Shown in pieces: positions 49,150-61,170 of a stretch of 64,000 nt of DNA. Numbering within the stretch: the first letter of the stretch is position 1; each line of letters starts with the position of its first letter. The notes beneath the pieces are model-generated. The model made no database searches. It saw nothing but the letters and a program-made list of their open reading frames with translations, and was not told where the DNA came from. The DNA comes from Chiloscyllium plagiosum. Taxonomy: Eukaryota. Where the stretch lies: positions 46,466,645-46,530,644 of the forward strand of contig NC_057728.1 in assembly GCF_004010195.1 (NCBI RefSeq), in the 5' to 3' direction. The position numbers and the translations under genes were made by a program.

Positions 49150-52100
49150 GAACTGATAAATTAAACTGCATTTATTTCAATGCAAAAGGCCTAACAGGGA
49201 AGGCAGATGAACTCAGGGCATGGTCAGAAGCAAGGGACTGGGATGTCATAGCAATTACAGAAACGTGGCTCAGGGATGGGCAGGACTGGCAGCTTAATGT
49301 TCCAGGATACAAATGCAACAGGAAGGACAGAAAGGAAGGCAAAAGAGGAGGGGGAGTAAAGTTTTTGATAAGGGATCGCATTATGGCTTTTCTTAGGGAG
49401 GATATTCTTAAGAATACATCAAGGGCTGTTATTTTGGTGGAACGGAGAAATAAGAAAGGGATAATCACCTTATTGGGATTGTATTATAGACCATCCCCCC
49501 CCCACCCCCAATAGTCAGCAGGAAATTGAGCAACAAATTTGGAAGGAAATCTCAGTCATCTGTAAGAATAATACTGTGGTTATTGTAGGGGATTTTAACT
49601 TTCCAAACATAGACTGGGACTGTCATAGTGTTAAGGGTTTAGATGGAGAGGAATTTGTAAAATGTGTATAAGAAAGTTTTCTGAATCAATATGTGGATGT
49701 ACCTACTAGAGAAGGTGCAAAACTTGACCTACTCTTGGGAAATAAGGCAGGGCAGGTGACTGAGGTGTCAGTGGGGGAGCACTTTGGGGCCAGCGACCAT
49801 AATGCTATTAGTTTTAAAATAGTGATGGAAAAGGGTAGACCAGATCTAAAAGCTAAAGTTCTAAATTGGAGGAAGGCCAATTGTGACGGTATTAGGCAAG
49901 AACTTTCAAAAGCTGGTTGGGGGCAAATGTTCACATATAAAAGAATGGCTGGAAAATGGGAAGCCTTCAAAATGAAGATAACAAGAGTCCAGAGGCAGTG
50001 TATCCCTGTTAGGGTGAAGGGCAAGGCTGGTAGGTGTAGGGAATGCTGGATCACTAGAGAAATTGAGGTTTTGTTTAAGAAAAAGAAGGTATATGTCAGG
50101 TATAAACAGCAGAGATCGAGTGAATCCTTAGAAGAGTATAAAGACAGTAGGAGTATACTTAAGAGGGAAATCAGGAGAGCTGAAAGGAAATGTGACATAG
50201 CTTTAGCAAATAGGTTTAAGAAGAATCCATAGGGATTTTATAAATACATGAAGGGCACAAGGGTAATTCGGTAGAGAATTACCCTCAATGTTTAGCAAGG
50301 CAGCCTATGTGTGAAACAGCAGGAAATGGGGGATGTACTAAATGAGTATTTTGCATCATAATTTACTGTGGAGAAGGACATGGAAATATAGAATGTGGGG
50401 AAATAGATGGTGACAGTTTGAAAAATGTCCATATTACAGAGAGGAAGTGCTGGATGACTTATAAACGCATAAAGGTAGATAAGTCCCCAGGACCTGATCA
50501 GATATCCCTGAGAACTCTGCGGGAAGCTAGGGAAGTGATTGCCAAGCCTCTTGCTGAGATATTTGTATCATCGATAGTCACAGGTGAGGTGCTGGAAGAC
50601 TGAAAGCTGGCTAACGTGGTGCCACTGTTTAAGAAAAGTGATAAGGAAAAGCCAGGGAACTATAGACCGGTGAACCTGACATCAGTGGTAGGCAAGTTGT
50701 TGGAGGGAATCCTCGGGCAAGATTTACATGTATTTGAAAAGGCAAGGATTGATTGGGGGGTTGTCATAACGGCTTTGTGCGTGGCAAACCATGTCTCACG
50801 AACCTGAATGAGTTATTTGAAGAAGTTCCTTGAAAGTGGAGTTGCAGGTAGACAGGATAGTGAAGAAGGCTTTTCATAGGCTTTCCTTTATTGGTCAGAG
50901 TATTGGAGTACAGGAGTTGGGAGGTCATGTTGTGGCTGTGCAAGACATTGGTTAGGCCACTTTTGGAATATTGCGTGCAATTCTAGTCTCCTTACTATCA
51001 GAAGGATATTGTGAAACTTGAAAGGGTTTAGAGAAGATTTACAAGGATGTTGTTAGGGTTGGAGGATTTGAGCTATAGGAAGAGGCTGAACAGGCTGGGG
51101 CTGTTTTCCCTGGAGTGTCAGAGGCTGAGGGGTGACCTTATACAGGTTTATAAAATCATGAGGTGCATGGCTAGGATAAGTAGACAAAGTCTCTTTCCTG
51201 GAGTGGTGGAGTCCAGAACTAGAGGGCATAGGTTTAGGGTGAGTGGGGAAAGATATAAAAGTCACATAAGGGGCAACTTTTTCACACAGAGGGTGGTACA
51301 TGTATGGAATGAGTTGCCAGAGGAAGTGGTGGAGGCTAGCGCAATTGTAATATTTAAGAGGTATTTGGCTGGGTATATGAATAAAAAGGGTTTGGAGGGA
51401 TATGGGCTGGGTGCTAGCAGGTGGGACTAGATTGGGATATCTGGTCAGCATGGAAGGGTCTGTTTCCATGCTGGACATTTCTGTGACTCTATGACTATGA
51501 CTCTAAGTAACAAAGAGGATTGATGAGGGCAGAGCGGTGGGCGGAATCTATATAGACTTCAGTAAGGTATTTGACAAGGTCATGGTAGATTGGTTAACAA
51601 GGTTAGATCTCATGAAATACAGGGAGAACTAGCTATTTGGATACAGAATTAGCCCAAAGGTAGAAGACAGAGGGTGCTGGCGGAGGGTTGCCTTTCAGAC
51701 AGGAGACCTGTGACCAGTGCCACAAGGATCAGTTCTGGGTCCACTACTTTTCATCATTTTTATAAATGATTTGGATATGAACATAGGAGGTATAGTGAGT
51801 AAGTTTGCAGATGACACCAAAATTGGAAGTGTAGTGGACAGCAAAAAAGGTTACCTCAGAGAACAATGGGATCTTGATCTTGATCAGATGTGCCAATGGG
51901 CTGAGGAGTGGCAGATGGAGTTTGATTTAGATAAATGTGAGGTGCTGCATTTTGGAAAGGCAAATCAGGGCAGGTCTTATACACTTAATGGTAATGTCCT
52001 GTTGCTGAAAAAAGAGACCTTGGAGTGCAGGTTCATAGTTCCTTGAAGGTAGAGTCACAGGTAGATAGGATAGTAAAGAAGGCATTTGGTATGCTTTCCT

Positions 52101-52640
52101 TTATTGATCAAAGCATTGAAAAGAGGAATTGGGAGGTCATGTTATGACTGTACAGGACATTAGTTAGGCAACTTTTGGAATATTTTGTGCAATTCTGGTC
52201 TCCCTTCTATCAGAAGGACGTTGTGAAACTTGAAAGGGTTCAGAAATGATGGACAAAAATGTTGCCAGGGTTGGAGGATTTGAGCTCTAGGAAGAGGCTG
52301 AAAATAGCTGGGGCTATTTTCCCTGAAGCATCGGAGGCTGAGGGGTGACCTTATAGAAATTTATAAAATCATGAGGGATTATGGATAGGGTAAATAGACA
52401 AGGTCTTTTCCCTGGGGTGGGGGAGTCCAGAAATAGAGGGCATAGGTTTAGAGTGAGAGGGGAAAAATTTAAAAGGGACCTAACAGCCCTTTTTTCACGC
52501 AGAGGGTGGTGAGTGTATGGAATGAGCAACCAGAGGAAATGGTGGAGTTTAGTACAATTACAACATTTAAAAGGCATCTGAATGGGTATATGAATAGGAA
52601 GGGTTTACAAGGATATGAGCCAAGTGCTGGCAAATGGGAC
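49150..52640 (+). pseudogene. CR1 ORF2 (APE endonuclease + reverse transcriptase), disrupted
   Basis: LNCIYFNAKGL, DVIAITETWL, LGLYYRP, VGDFNFP, SDHNAI, KSPGPD, NYRPVNLTS, PQGSVLGPLLF, KFADDTK. Multiple frameshifts and a nested insert. Confidence 0.93.
50827..51504 (+). mobile_element. CR1 3' fragment nested in the RT of the long copy
   Basis: It interrupts TTTGAAGAAGT|AACAAAGAGG, duplicates the region 52040-52720 and ends in (GACTCTAT)-type repeats. Confidence 0.92.
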
Positions 52641-53109
52641 TAGATTAGGTTACGATATCTGGTCGGCACGGACGAATTGGACCGAAGGGTCAGTTTCTGT
52701 GCTGTACATCTCTATGACTGTAAGTCCAAGTATCATTCTGGTAAGTTCATACAATGGTCAATCTAAGGCAAACATATTTATCCTGAGTTATTGTGCTCAG
52801 AACTGCTCACTGTTTTCCAAGTGTGGTCTAACCAGGATTTTCTATCTTGGAAACACCACTGCTTTTGTCTCATGTTTTAGTTCTGTAGATGTAAAAAGGC
52901 AGCATACCAATGGTCATTTTGATTATGTTCAGTACCTGTTCATGGTATTTTAATTGTCTGCATACTTGGAAACCTTGAACTCTTTGGATCTCCACTGTTT
53001 CTAGCTTTGGTAGCCATTTTTCAAGAACACTGTTCAAAACCTTTTTGGTCAAAAGTGAATATCCACACACTTGCTTACATTGAAATTCATTTACATCAAT
53101 TTTGTTTTA

Positions 53110-54190
53110 ATTAATTCATGGGATGTGGGCTTTGCTGGCTGGGCCAGCATCAATTACACATCCCTGGTTGCTGTTGAGAAGGTAGTAGATAGCTGCCTTC
53201 TCGAATTGTTGTGGGCTATATTATGCCGATAGACACACAATGCTGTTAAGGAGGGTGTTCTAGAATTTCAACCTAGGGACACTGAAGGAATAGCCATGCA
53301 TTTCCCAGTCAAGATGGTGGAGAACTTGCAGTCGGTATTCCCGTATCTTCTGCTCTTGTCCTTCTAGATGGTAATAGGTTTGGAATATCTATCAAATAAG
53401 GCTTGATGAATTTCTGCAGTGCATCTTGTATATGGTACACATTGCTGCTTCTGAGCATCAATGGGTGTAGGGAGTGAATGTTGTGGATCTTATCGAGAGG
53501 GTTGCTTTTGTCCTGGATGATATCTACAATTGTGGAGTATTGCTGAAGCTGCACTCATCCAGGCAAGTTGAGATATTCTAACAGAACCCTACCTTACATT
53601 TTGTAGATGATGGATGGGCATTGGGAAGTCAGGAATTGAGTTATTCTTTGGCTGGTACAGTCAGTTCCTGGTCAATGGTAACCCATCCAGAATGTGACAG
53701 TGAGAGATTCAGTGATAGCAATGCCATTGGAATGTCAAGGGGCAATGGTTAGATTGTCTCTTGTTGGACATCGTCATTGCCTGACGTGTGTGGCGTGAAT
53801 GTTACAGTGCACTTGTCAGCCCAAACCTGAATATTGTCCATGCCTTACTGCATTTGGACATGGACGTCAGAATCTGCAGAGTCACAAATAATGCTGAATA
53901 TGATCAGTGATTGCCCTACCTCTAACCTTTTCATGGAGGTCGTTGTTGAAACAACTGACAGTGGTTGGGCATAGGTCACTACCCTGAGGAACTGCTGCAG
54001 AGATGTCCTGGAGCTGAGATGATTAACCTCCAACAACCACAGCCATCTTCCTTTTGTGCCAGGTACACGTCCAACCCCTGGAGAGTTTTCCTTCTGATTT
54101 TCATCGACTCCTGTTTTACTAGAGCTCCTTGATGCCACACTCAGTCAAATGTGGCCTTGATGTGCAAGGAATTCACGTTCACCTCACCAA
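53110..54190 (-). mobile_element. LINE family B, RT C-terminus plus 3' end
   Basis: Antisense-similar to 16725-18005. Tail ATTCATGGGATGTGGGCTTTGCTGGCTGGGCCAGCAT. Confidence 0.88.
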
Positions 54191-54578
54191 CTTTTCATTC
54201 ACTTGATACAACAGTGTCTTTTTTTGTAGTTTCACATTGTTATAACTGTGTCTTTTTTTTGTAATTTTAGATTTCAATTTGTAATGCATGCAATGTTGCA
54301 CATCTTTGTATCATCAGTAAATTTGGATATGCTGCCAGATCCCACATTGTCTAACTTGTTAATAAATTGAATAGTTGAGGCTGCAACACTCATCCTTATG
54401 GGATACCAAGAATTATATCTTGCCAGCAGAATATGTGTCCATTATCCCTCCTTTCTGTCTTCTTTTGCTCATTCGATTTCCTAACCAGATCAATAATTTA
54501 TCTATAGCTGGCCCATCACTGATTGAACCGTCATGATTCAAAGCCTGACTCAGTTACAGGAGGCTTCAGTTGCACAGT

Positions 54579-54787
54579 GCTGAAAAATGTGTTGCTGAAA
54601 AAGCGCAGCAGGTCAGGCAGCATCCAAGGAGCAGGAGAATCGACGTTTCGGGAATAAGCCCTTCTTCAGGAATGCTTATGCCCGAAACGTCGATTCTCCT
54701 GCTCCTTGGATGCTGCCTGACCTGCTGCGCTTTTCCAGCAACACATTTTTCAGCTCTGATCTCCAGCATCTGCAGTCCTCACTTTCC
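54579..54787 (+). mobile_element. Young fold-back Penelope-like mini-element with 15-bp TSD
   Basis: 81-bp arms 54579-54659 / 54674-54754 with 2 mismatches. TSD CTTCA(G/A)TTGCACAGT at 54564-54578 and 54788-54802. Confidence 0.93.
54636..54673 (-). ncRNA. Minimal type I hammerhead ribozyme motif
   Basis: Minus strand reads ATTC-CTGAAGA-A-GGG-CTTATT-CCC-GAAA-CGTC-GATT, with a canonical GUC triplet. Confidence 0.7.
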
Positions 54788-57752
54788 CTTCAATTGCACA
54801 GTAGCTAGCAGACAAAATCCTGATGTAGTTACACTTGGTTAGGAGAATAATCATAAAGTTATGAACTCAGAAATCAGACACTGGTATAAATGGAAAGCAA
54901 TGATTAAAAAGGACTTGGCACAGACACAATAGCAGCTTGCATTAAAATGATGACAACAGTAAAGCTGTTGTTTCTGCAGTCATTGCTTTTACATTAATTA
55001 ATTTAATGCCAGTAACATCAATAGGAAATGGCCAACTGTTTTGCACAGAGGTGAGTCTTTTCTTTCGGTGATATTAACTTTGAGGAGGTATGGAATAGGA
55101 TTTGCTAATACTGTGCTCAGATAACTAGTCAAGGATTGAACTATAAAGAAATGGAATGAATGGCCCTCACTTTCTCAGTATGTCACTGCTAGTTCTCTTC
55201 CTGGTCCTGTTGCTGTCCACACGGGCCTTCCTTCTCTGGAGCCTTCACGTTGTGACGACTTTATGAAGCAGAATTGTGCAGCTTTCAGCTTACACTCTCA
55301 TTCCTCAGATCCTAGCTGCACTACACTGAGAGATACCAGGTGTTCTTATGGAGCGTAATGCACTAAAAACACACTTTCAACATGTCAAAGCATGTACAAT
55401 TAGCAACGTGATATAAGTTATGGTCTCTCAGGAGCCACCTGAGTCTTGCCCTTCTGAGCAAAGTAGTGTTTTCACAGTGAACTGTGTTGAAGCCTTTGTA
55501 GCATTCACATTGAGTGGAATCTTCATAATTCCTGTGGAGGTGAAGTTGGAGGCAAAAACAGGATCAAAAATAGAAAATAGTGCTTTGGAGTCAGCCCATA
55601 CAAACAAGGATGACGAGTATGCCTTTCAGCCCTTCAAGACTGTTCCACCAACCAATACCTTCATGGCTGATCTGACTCCTTGGCATAGCTGGAGGGATTT
55701 TGCTGAGGGCATGGTGTGCGCGGCAGTGGCAGATTACTGAAGGCAACCCTGTGGTGGCAGCATGGGGAACCATGTATACCTGCTATTGATGCCCATATCT
55801 TTGAGCTGATAGAATGGGCAGACCATAGCCACAACCATAAGCAATCCTGGTGAGCTGGCAGCCTTGGCCACTTTTCATTTTTAATGTTTTGGAGACATTC
55901 TTGCAGTTTCTTATCTGCCTCAGCTGTGCCTGACTCTCTCGGTAAGGCTTGCAGCCCATTCAGATCTTTAGGCCTCTCATTGGGCCATCAGCCTCTTAAT
56001 CTGCCCACTCCTCTTAATTGGATAATTGATACAAAGGACTGTCCCTTAATTTCCTCCCAGGAGACTCACAGCAGCACCCACATGACCCTCAAGTCTAGGA
56101 AATAGCCCCAAATCTGATTACTTTTCAGGGTGCAGAACATTCCACCCATTGGTTTCATGATGTATGAATGCCAGTTTTAGAGGAACAGAAAATAGGGAAA
56201 CTGAAATCTTTCCTTGGTGACACAAGGACTGACAATGAGCACGGGGGCAACTTTCCTGCAAACTGTGACTCCTTGGATCTTCATGAATCCAACTCCTCCA
56301 TAAAGTAGCGGCAGGCTGTCTTACTGCAATTGATTGGCCGTTGGGAAGATAAAATGATTGATTCTCATAAATATTTCTGGCTTTCATTGTCACATAATAC
56401 CGAGCTGAGATTAAGAATGGGGAATGGAGCAAGGGTAGAAGTAGTGGAAGTTACATAAAGGAAATCATCAAATGTTTTTGATCACAATCCACGAGTTTTT
56501 ATTCATTAATTGAGTGGTATAATTGGAATAGCTAGGCTAATGTCAGAAATACTCCAGTGAAATATTGCATGAGCTGAATGGTAAAAGATGAATCATTCTC
56601 TTCTTCCATATGAATACAATATAGAGAAAATGAAGACTAAATCAAGACTCATGTCAAGGGTTTCCTATCTGAAATCAAAATTAGAATTGTTTTGAATTAT
56701 TCAACATTACCGAGCTCAAAAGAAAACTGAACCAGATTTTTCGTAAACAGGGTCACAGCACACAGTAAATTAAATCAAACAATTACTTGCCAGACGACTC
56801 AAGATAAGCTAATAAAACTGCTTAAGTCAGCTGTATTTGCAATAACTCAATTGGAACCCATCATGTGGATTATTTCAATATTGACTACAGAAGGATTGGC
56901 TTAAGAATAGGTTTTTATTTGCTGACCTGCTGGGAGCAGTCGTGAGTGAGGTGCAATAGCAGGAAACCCAAAAATGGACTTCTCCTCACATGCTATGGAG
57001 TTTAATTGCAAACTCTCTGACAGTTTCCATGGTCTAAAGTCAGCCTTATTGACAGCTCAGATCCCATAGGGGCCTGGTCTGATTGCTGACCCTGAGGGTG
57101 TCTTTTTCTAAAAGGCTGGTGGGGAGAGGGTACAATTCCATGTGAAGGTCAGATTTGGGAGGTGGAAGAGGAGAGGGAATGTGGTTGTAAGAAGTGATAT
57201 GATTGTGAGGATGCTTTATGATTGAGAGAGAACATCTCATAAGCAGTGCTGAATAGATTGTTGCCTTCTCCCTGAGTTTGTCATTCTGCTGCTGGGTTAC
57301 CGAAGGTGTATGAAAATCGTAGGAAATGGCTTAACCAATAAAGCAGATTAAACCCCAAGCGTTTAAGTCTCATTGACGTATTTAATGTTCTGACTTAGCT
57401 CCTAACAGCAGGGTTACTCCCAGCTCATGCCCCTTCTGACTCAATCAACCATAGAATTTGCCAATTGAAACTATCTGCGTTTCAAGTAATATGTTTAATT
57501 GTTACCACAATCTAAATCGGAAATGATTTACAGCAGAGGTAGCCAGTACACTGTGCACAAATGCATTTCTCCAAACACTTACTTTCATGCCGTACAATTT
57601 GCAACTATACATTGCCGAGATTACCCAATATACATGATCAACAAAGAAAATATGGCAAATGTAAACAAAACTGTATTCTAATCTGTCCTACCTTCATCAG
57701 GCACTGTGTAAACATTTTATCTATTGTCACTAAAGCATTCAGTCATTTAATA

Positions 57753-58355
57753 GCCTCCTGTACATTGAAGCACAGACTGGACAGCTACTTTGTAGAGCAC
57801 CATCGTTCTGTCTGCTGAAATGACCTTGAGTTGCCTGTTGCCTGCCACTTTAACACACCACCATGTTCCGTGGCCAACATCTCTGTCTCAGGGGGCTTGG
57901 TGCAATGCTCCAGCAAGCTCAACGCAAGCTGGAAGAAAAACACCTCATTTTCTGCCTGGGAACCCTGCAGCCTTCTGGACCCAATAGCGAGTTCAATAAT
58001 TTCCTGGCCTGAGCACCTTACCGCAACCTCCACACACCAGGCCTTGGCATCACATGGGCTGCTACCACAAACCATTCACTGTCAGCCACTAATGGTCCCC
58101 TTTAGCTGCTGATCAGTCTCCCAGGCTGACCTTTACCCATTTCTTTGTCTGCCCAACTGTTTCTCTCTCTCTCTCTCTCTGGGCTCCATCTCCACCTATC
58201 ATTTACTCCTTTTACTCCTCCTCGAGCATATATACCATCCTTTTCCCAGCTACAATCAGTTCTGAAGAAGGGTCACGGGGCCTGAAACATTAACTCTGCA
58301 TTATCTCCACTGATGCTGCAAGACCTGATGAGTTTTTCCAGCAATTTCTAGTTTT
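57753..58355 (+). mobile_element. Penelope-like retroelement 3' portion (GIY-YIG endonuclease C-terminus plus pLTR)
   Basis: LLYI..HRLDSYFVEHHRSVC*NDLELPVACHFNTPPCSVANISVS / AQRKLEEKHLIFCLGTLQPSGPNSEFNNF, then a pyrimidine-rich UTR and a hammerhead. Confidence 0.88.
58257..58296 (+). ncRNA. Hammerhead ribozyme motif in the PLE pLTR
   Basis: AGTT-CTGAAGA-A-GGGTC-ACGG-GGCCT-GAAA-CATT-AACT. Stem I AGTT/AACT pairs, stem II pairs with G-U, and stem III shows CG>CA decay. Confidence 0.7.
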
Positions 58356-58619
58356 GAGTCTTTTAGCAGTATGTGTGCAGGTTGTTATTGTTAGTTTGTT
58401 TGGGATCTGCTTTTTCCTGGGGCGGTGTCCCTTCGTCAGGGAGTATTGTTCCAGTGGTGAATGCTTGATCACCCTTCTCTTTCAGATTCAGTATCTCTTG
58501 TTTTGACAGCTTCCAGAGCATATTAAGTTCTTGTTGTTAGTTTTTGGGTTTGAGTGAAAGCTACTTCTTGTTGAATGCTCCAATACAACTCCACATCCTT
58601 TGCAGGGACCTTAGCATCA

Positions 58620-59407
58620 TTGAGTCATAGAGATGTACAGCACAGAAACAGACCCTTCGGTCCAACATGTCCATGCCGACCAGATATCCCAACCCAATCT
58701 CGTTCCCCCTGCCAGCACCTGGCCCATATCCCTCCAAACTCTACCTATTCATATACCCATCCAGATGCTTTTAAATGTTGCATTAGTACTACCCTCCATC
58801 ACTTCCTCTGGCAACTCATTCCATACACGTACCACCCTTAGGTCTCTTTTATATCTTTCCCCTCTTACTCTAAACCTATGCCCTCTAGTTCTGGACTCGC
58901 CCACTCCAGGGAAAAGACTTTGTCTATTTATCCTATCCATGCCCCTCATGATTTTATAAACCTTTATAAGGTCACCCCTCAGCCTCCAACGCTCCAGGGA
59001 AAACAGCCCCAGCCTGTTCAGTCTCTCCCTATAACTCAAATCCTCCAACCCTGGCAACATCCTTGTAAATCTTTTCTGAACCCTTTCAAGTTTCACAACA
59101 TCATTCCAATAGGATGGAGACCAGAATTGCATACAATATTCCAATAGTGGCCTAACCAATGTCCTATACAGCCACAACATGACTTCCCAACTCCTGTACT
59201 CAATATTCTGACCAATAAAGGAAAGCATACCAAATGCCTTCCTCGCTATCCTATCTACCTATGACTCCATTTTCAAGTAGCTATGAATCTGCACTTCAAG
59301 GTCTCTTTGTTCAGCAGCACTCCCTAGGACTTTACCATTAAGTGTGTAAGACCTGCGCTGGTTTGCTTTCTCAAAATGCAGTACCTCGCATTTATCTAAA
59401 CTAAACT
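58620..59407 (-). mobile_element. CR1 LINE 3' fragment
   Basis: 159-aa open stretch MLSFIGQNIEYRSWEVMLWLYRTLVRPLLEYCMQFWSP..., plus the antisense tail. Confidence 0.95.
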
Positions 59408-59549
59408 GTGTTGTTGGAATTTATAGAGATATTCACATTCTGATGACAAATTAGGCAAAATGTTTACTCGATAGTTCATGAATCCAATGAATTGTTGCAC
59501 TGCTTTCGTATATGCAGATCACTGCATCTACACCATAGCTCTCAACTAG

Positions 59550-59641
59550 GAGAAAGTGAGGACTGCAGATGCTGGAGATCAGAGCTGAAAATGTGTTGCT
59601 GGATGCTGCCTGACCTGCTGCGCTTTTCCAGCAACACATTT
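59550..59641 (-). mobile_element. Collapsed fold-back PLE mini-element (apex deleted), perfect 15-bp TSD
   Basis: TSD ATAGCTCTCAACTAG at 59535-59549 and 59642-59656. Same family as 54579-54787. Confidence 0.9.
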
Positions 59642-59941
59642 ATAGCTCTCAACTAGTCAGAATTCAGATAAAGTTCTTTTGCTGTCAGTAAATGACTCAT
59701 GTACTTGAATTCCGGCAACACCACTTGCAAATTTTTCTTTGTGCTCTTTTTAAAATCAGGCCTTTTCTTCTGCTGTTCTTTGGTGACTGCCTGTTCTTCT
59801 TATCCGCAGTTGTCAGCCTCTCGAAGAACGGATCCTTGGCCTTCATATCTTGCCTTCCATTTTTTATAGGATCTTCTGGCTTGTTACCAGCTCCTCTATC
59901 TTGATTTTCATGCTGTATTTGAGGCGAGCTAAAACTCAGTA

Positions 59942-60032
59942 CATAGAATCATCAAGTCCGAGAGATGTACACACGGAAACAGACTCTTCAGTCCAACTCT
60001 TCATTGCCGACCAGATATCGTAGCCTAATCTT
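59942..60032 (-). mobile_element. CR1 3' tail fragment
   Basis: GAGATGTACACACGGAAACAGACTCTTCAGTCCAAC...GACCAGATATC. Confidence 0.8.
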
Positions 60033-60739
60033 TACATGCTGAGTTAATTTCACATTCTCATTTATTTGGAGATAGTAAGCATCAAAGATATGTAAAAGAA
60101 CATCTTTATAATCTTCTATGATCTGTTCAGCATCCAATAGCTCACTGGCTTGAGAAATGCAACAATTCCCTTCTGATATGTGGGGCAGAGGAGTTACCTG
60201 TCTGTTTTTATATCACCATCTTAAGGCATTTCACACAGTCCTGCAGAGCTGTTGATATTGCATGTCGCACTAGTGTCTGGCTCACATTGACTTGATGCTT
60301 TGCAGTCGTCATTCTGACAGTCACAGACCATTTACCATCTTTGGACCTGACAGCAGATTTTATAGGATTGCTTGCAAGCAAATTGATCCAGCTCTTCACT
60401 GTTGGAGTACTGCTTTCTCCAAGAGTAGAGCCGAGTCTGTTATCCTACTCATGCACTTTTGAACCCTTGGAATGCCCAGGGTTTAAACAGATGTGACTCA
60501 AAATGCCATTATGCAATGTATTGTCCTAATGGCGTAAGGCATTTTTAAAAATTATGCACAACATGGATGATTCAGAAGGAGAAGATAATGATACTGATCT
60601 GCCAGAGGGGATTACATTAGTTACAAGAAGCTTCAGCCTAGCATTGAACATTTTAGTCACAGATTTAATTGTGGTGTAAATAATGAAAGATGTAAGTAGT
60701 TCACAGAAAGTTTATCAGACTTCCTGTAGCGTGCGACAA

Positions 60740-61170
60740 AAGGTTGGACAGGTTATACTTGTACACATTGGAGTTTAGAAAAATAGGAGGTAAGTTGATT
60801 GAAACAAAAGAAAAATCTGATGGGTCTTGATGAGGTAGATGTGGGGAAGATCCTTCCTCTTTCAAGAGAATCAACTCGTGTCACTGTTTAAAAATGAGAG
60901 GGCACCCATTTAAAACAGAGATGAGGTGAATTTTATTCTCTCAGAGGTTCGTGAGTCTTTTCAACTCTCTACCTGAAAAGATGGTGGAAGCAGAGTTCTT
61001 GAATATTTTTAAGACAAAGGTACATAGATCTTTGTCAAGGAAGGGTGAATGGTTATCAGGGGTAAGCAGGAATGTAGATTGGAGGTTAGAACAGATCAGC
61101 AGGATATACTTCAATGATGGGCCAGGATCGAGAGGTCTGGTAGCCTTCTCTTGCTTCTTGTTTGTAGCAT
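60740..61170 (+). mobile_element. Old CR1 3' fragment
   Basis: TTGGAGTTTAGAA...CCATTTAAAACAGAGATGAGG...GGTGGAAGCAGAG. Confidence 0.75.

Larger units (their letters stand above)
47280..52722 (+). mobile_element. Near full-length decayed CR1 (HER1-type) LINE with two nested CR1 3' fragments
   Basis: 5' UTR, ORF1 (Cys-finger + SGNH), ORF2 (APE + RT) and 3' tail are all in order. The 5' boundary is approximate. Confidence 0.92.

Noticed and set aside
49008..50232. Long ORFs (168 and 179 aa) as host genes
   Set aside because: They are pieces of the CR1 ORF2 endonuclease region broken by frameshifts.
60208..60445. Minus-strand ORF and an alternative Cys-rich frame as a coding exon
   Set aside because: All frames stop shortly before the donor at 60198, and I recognise no homology.
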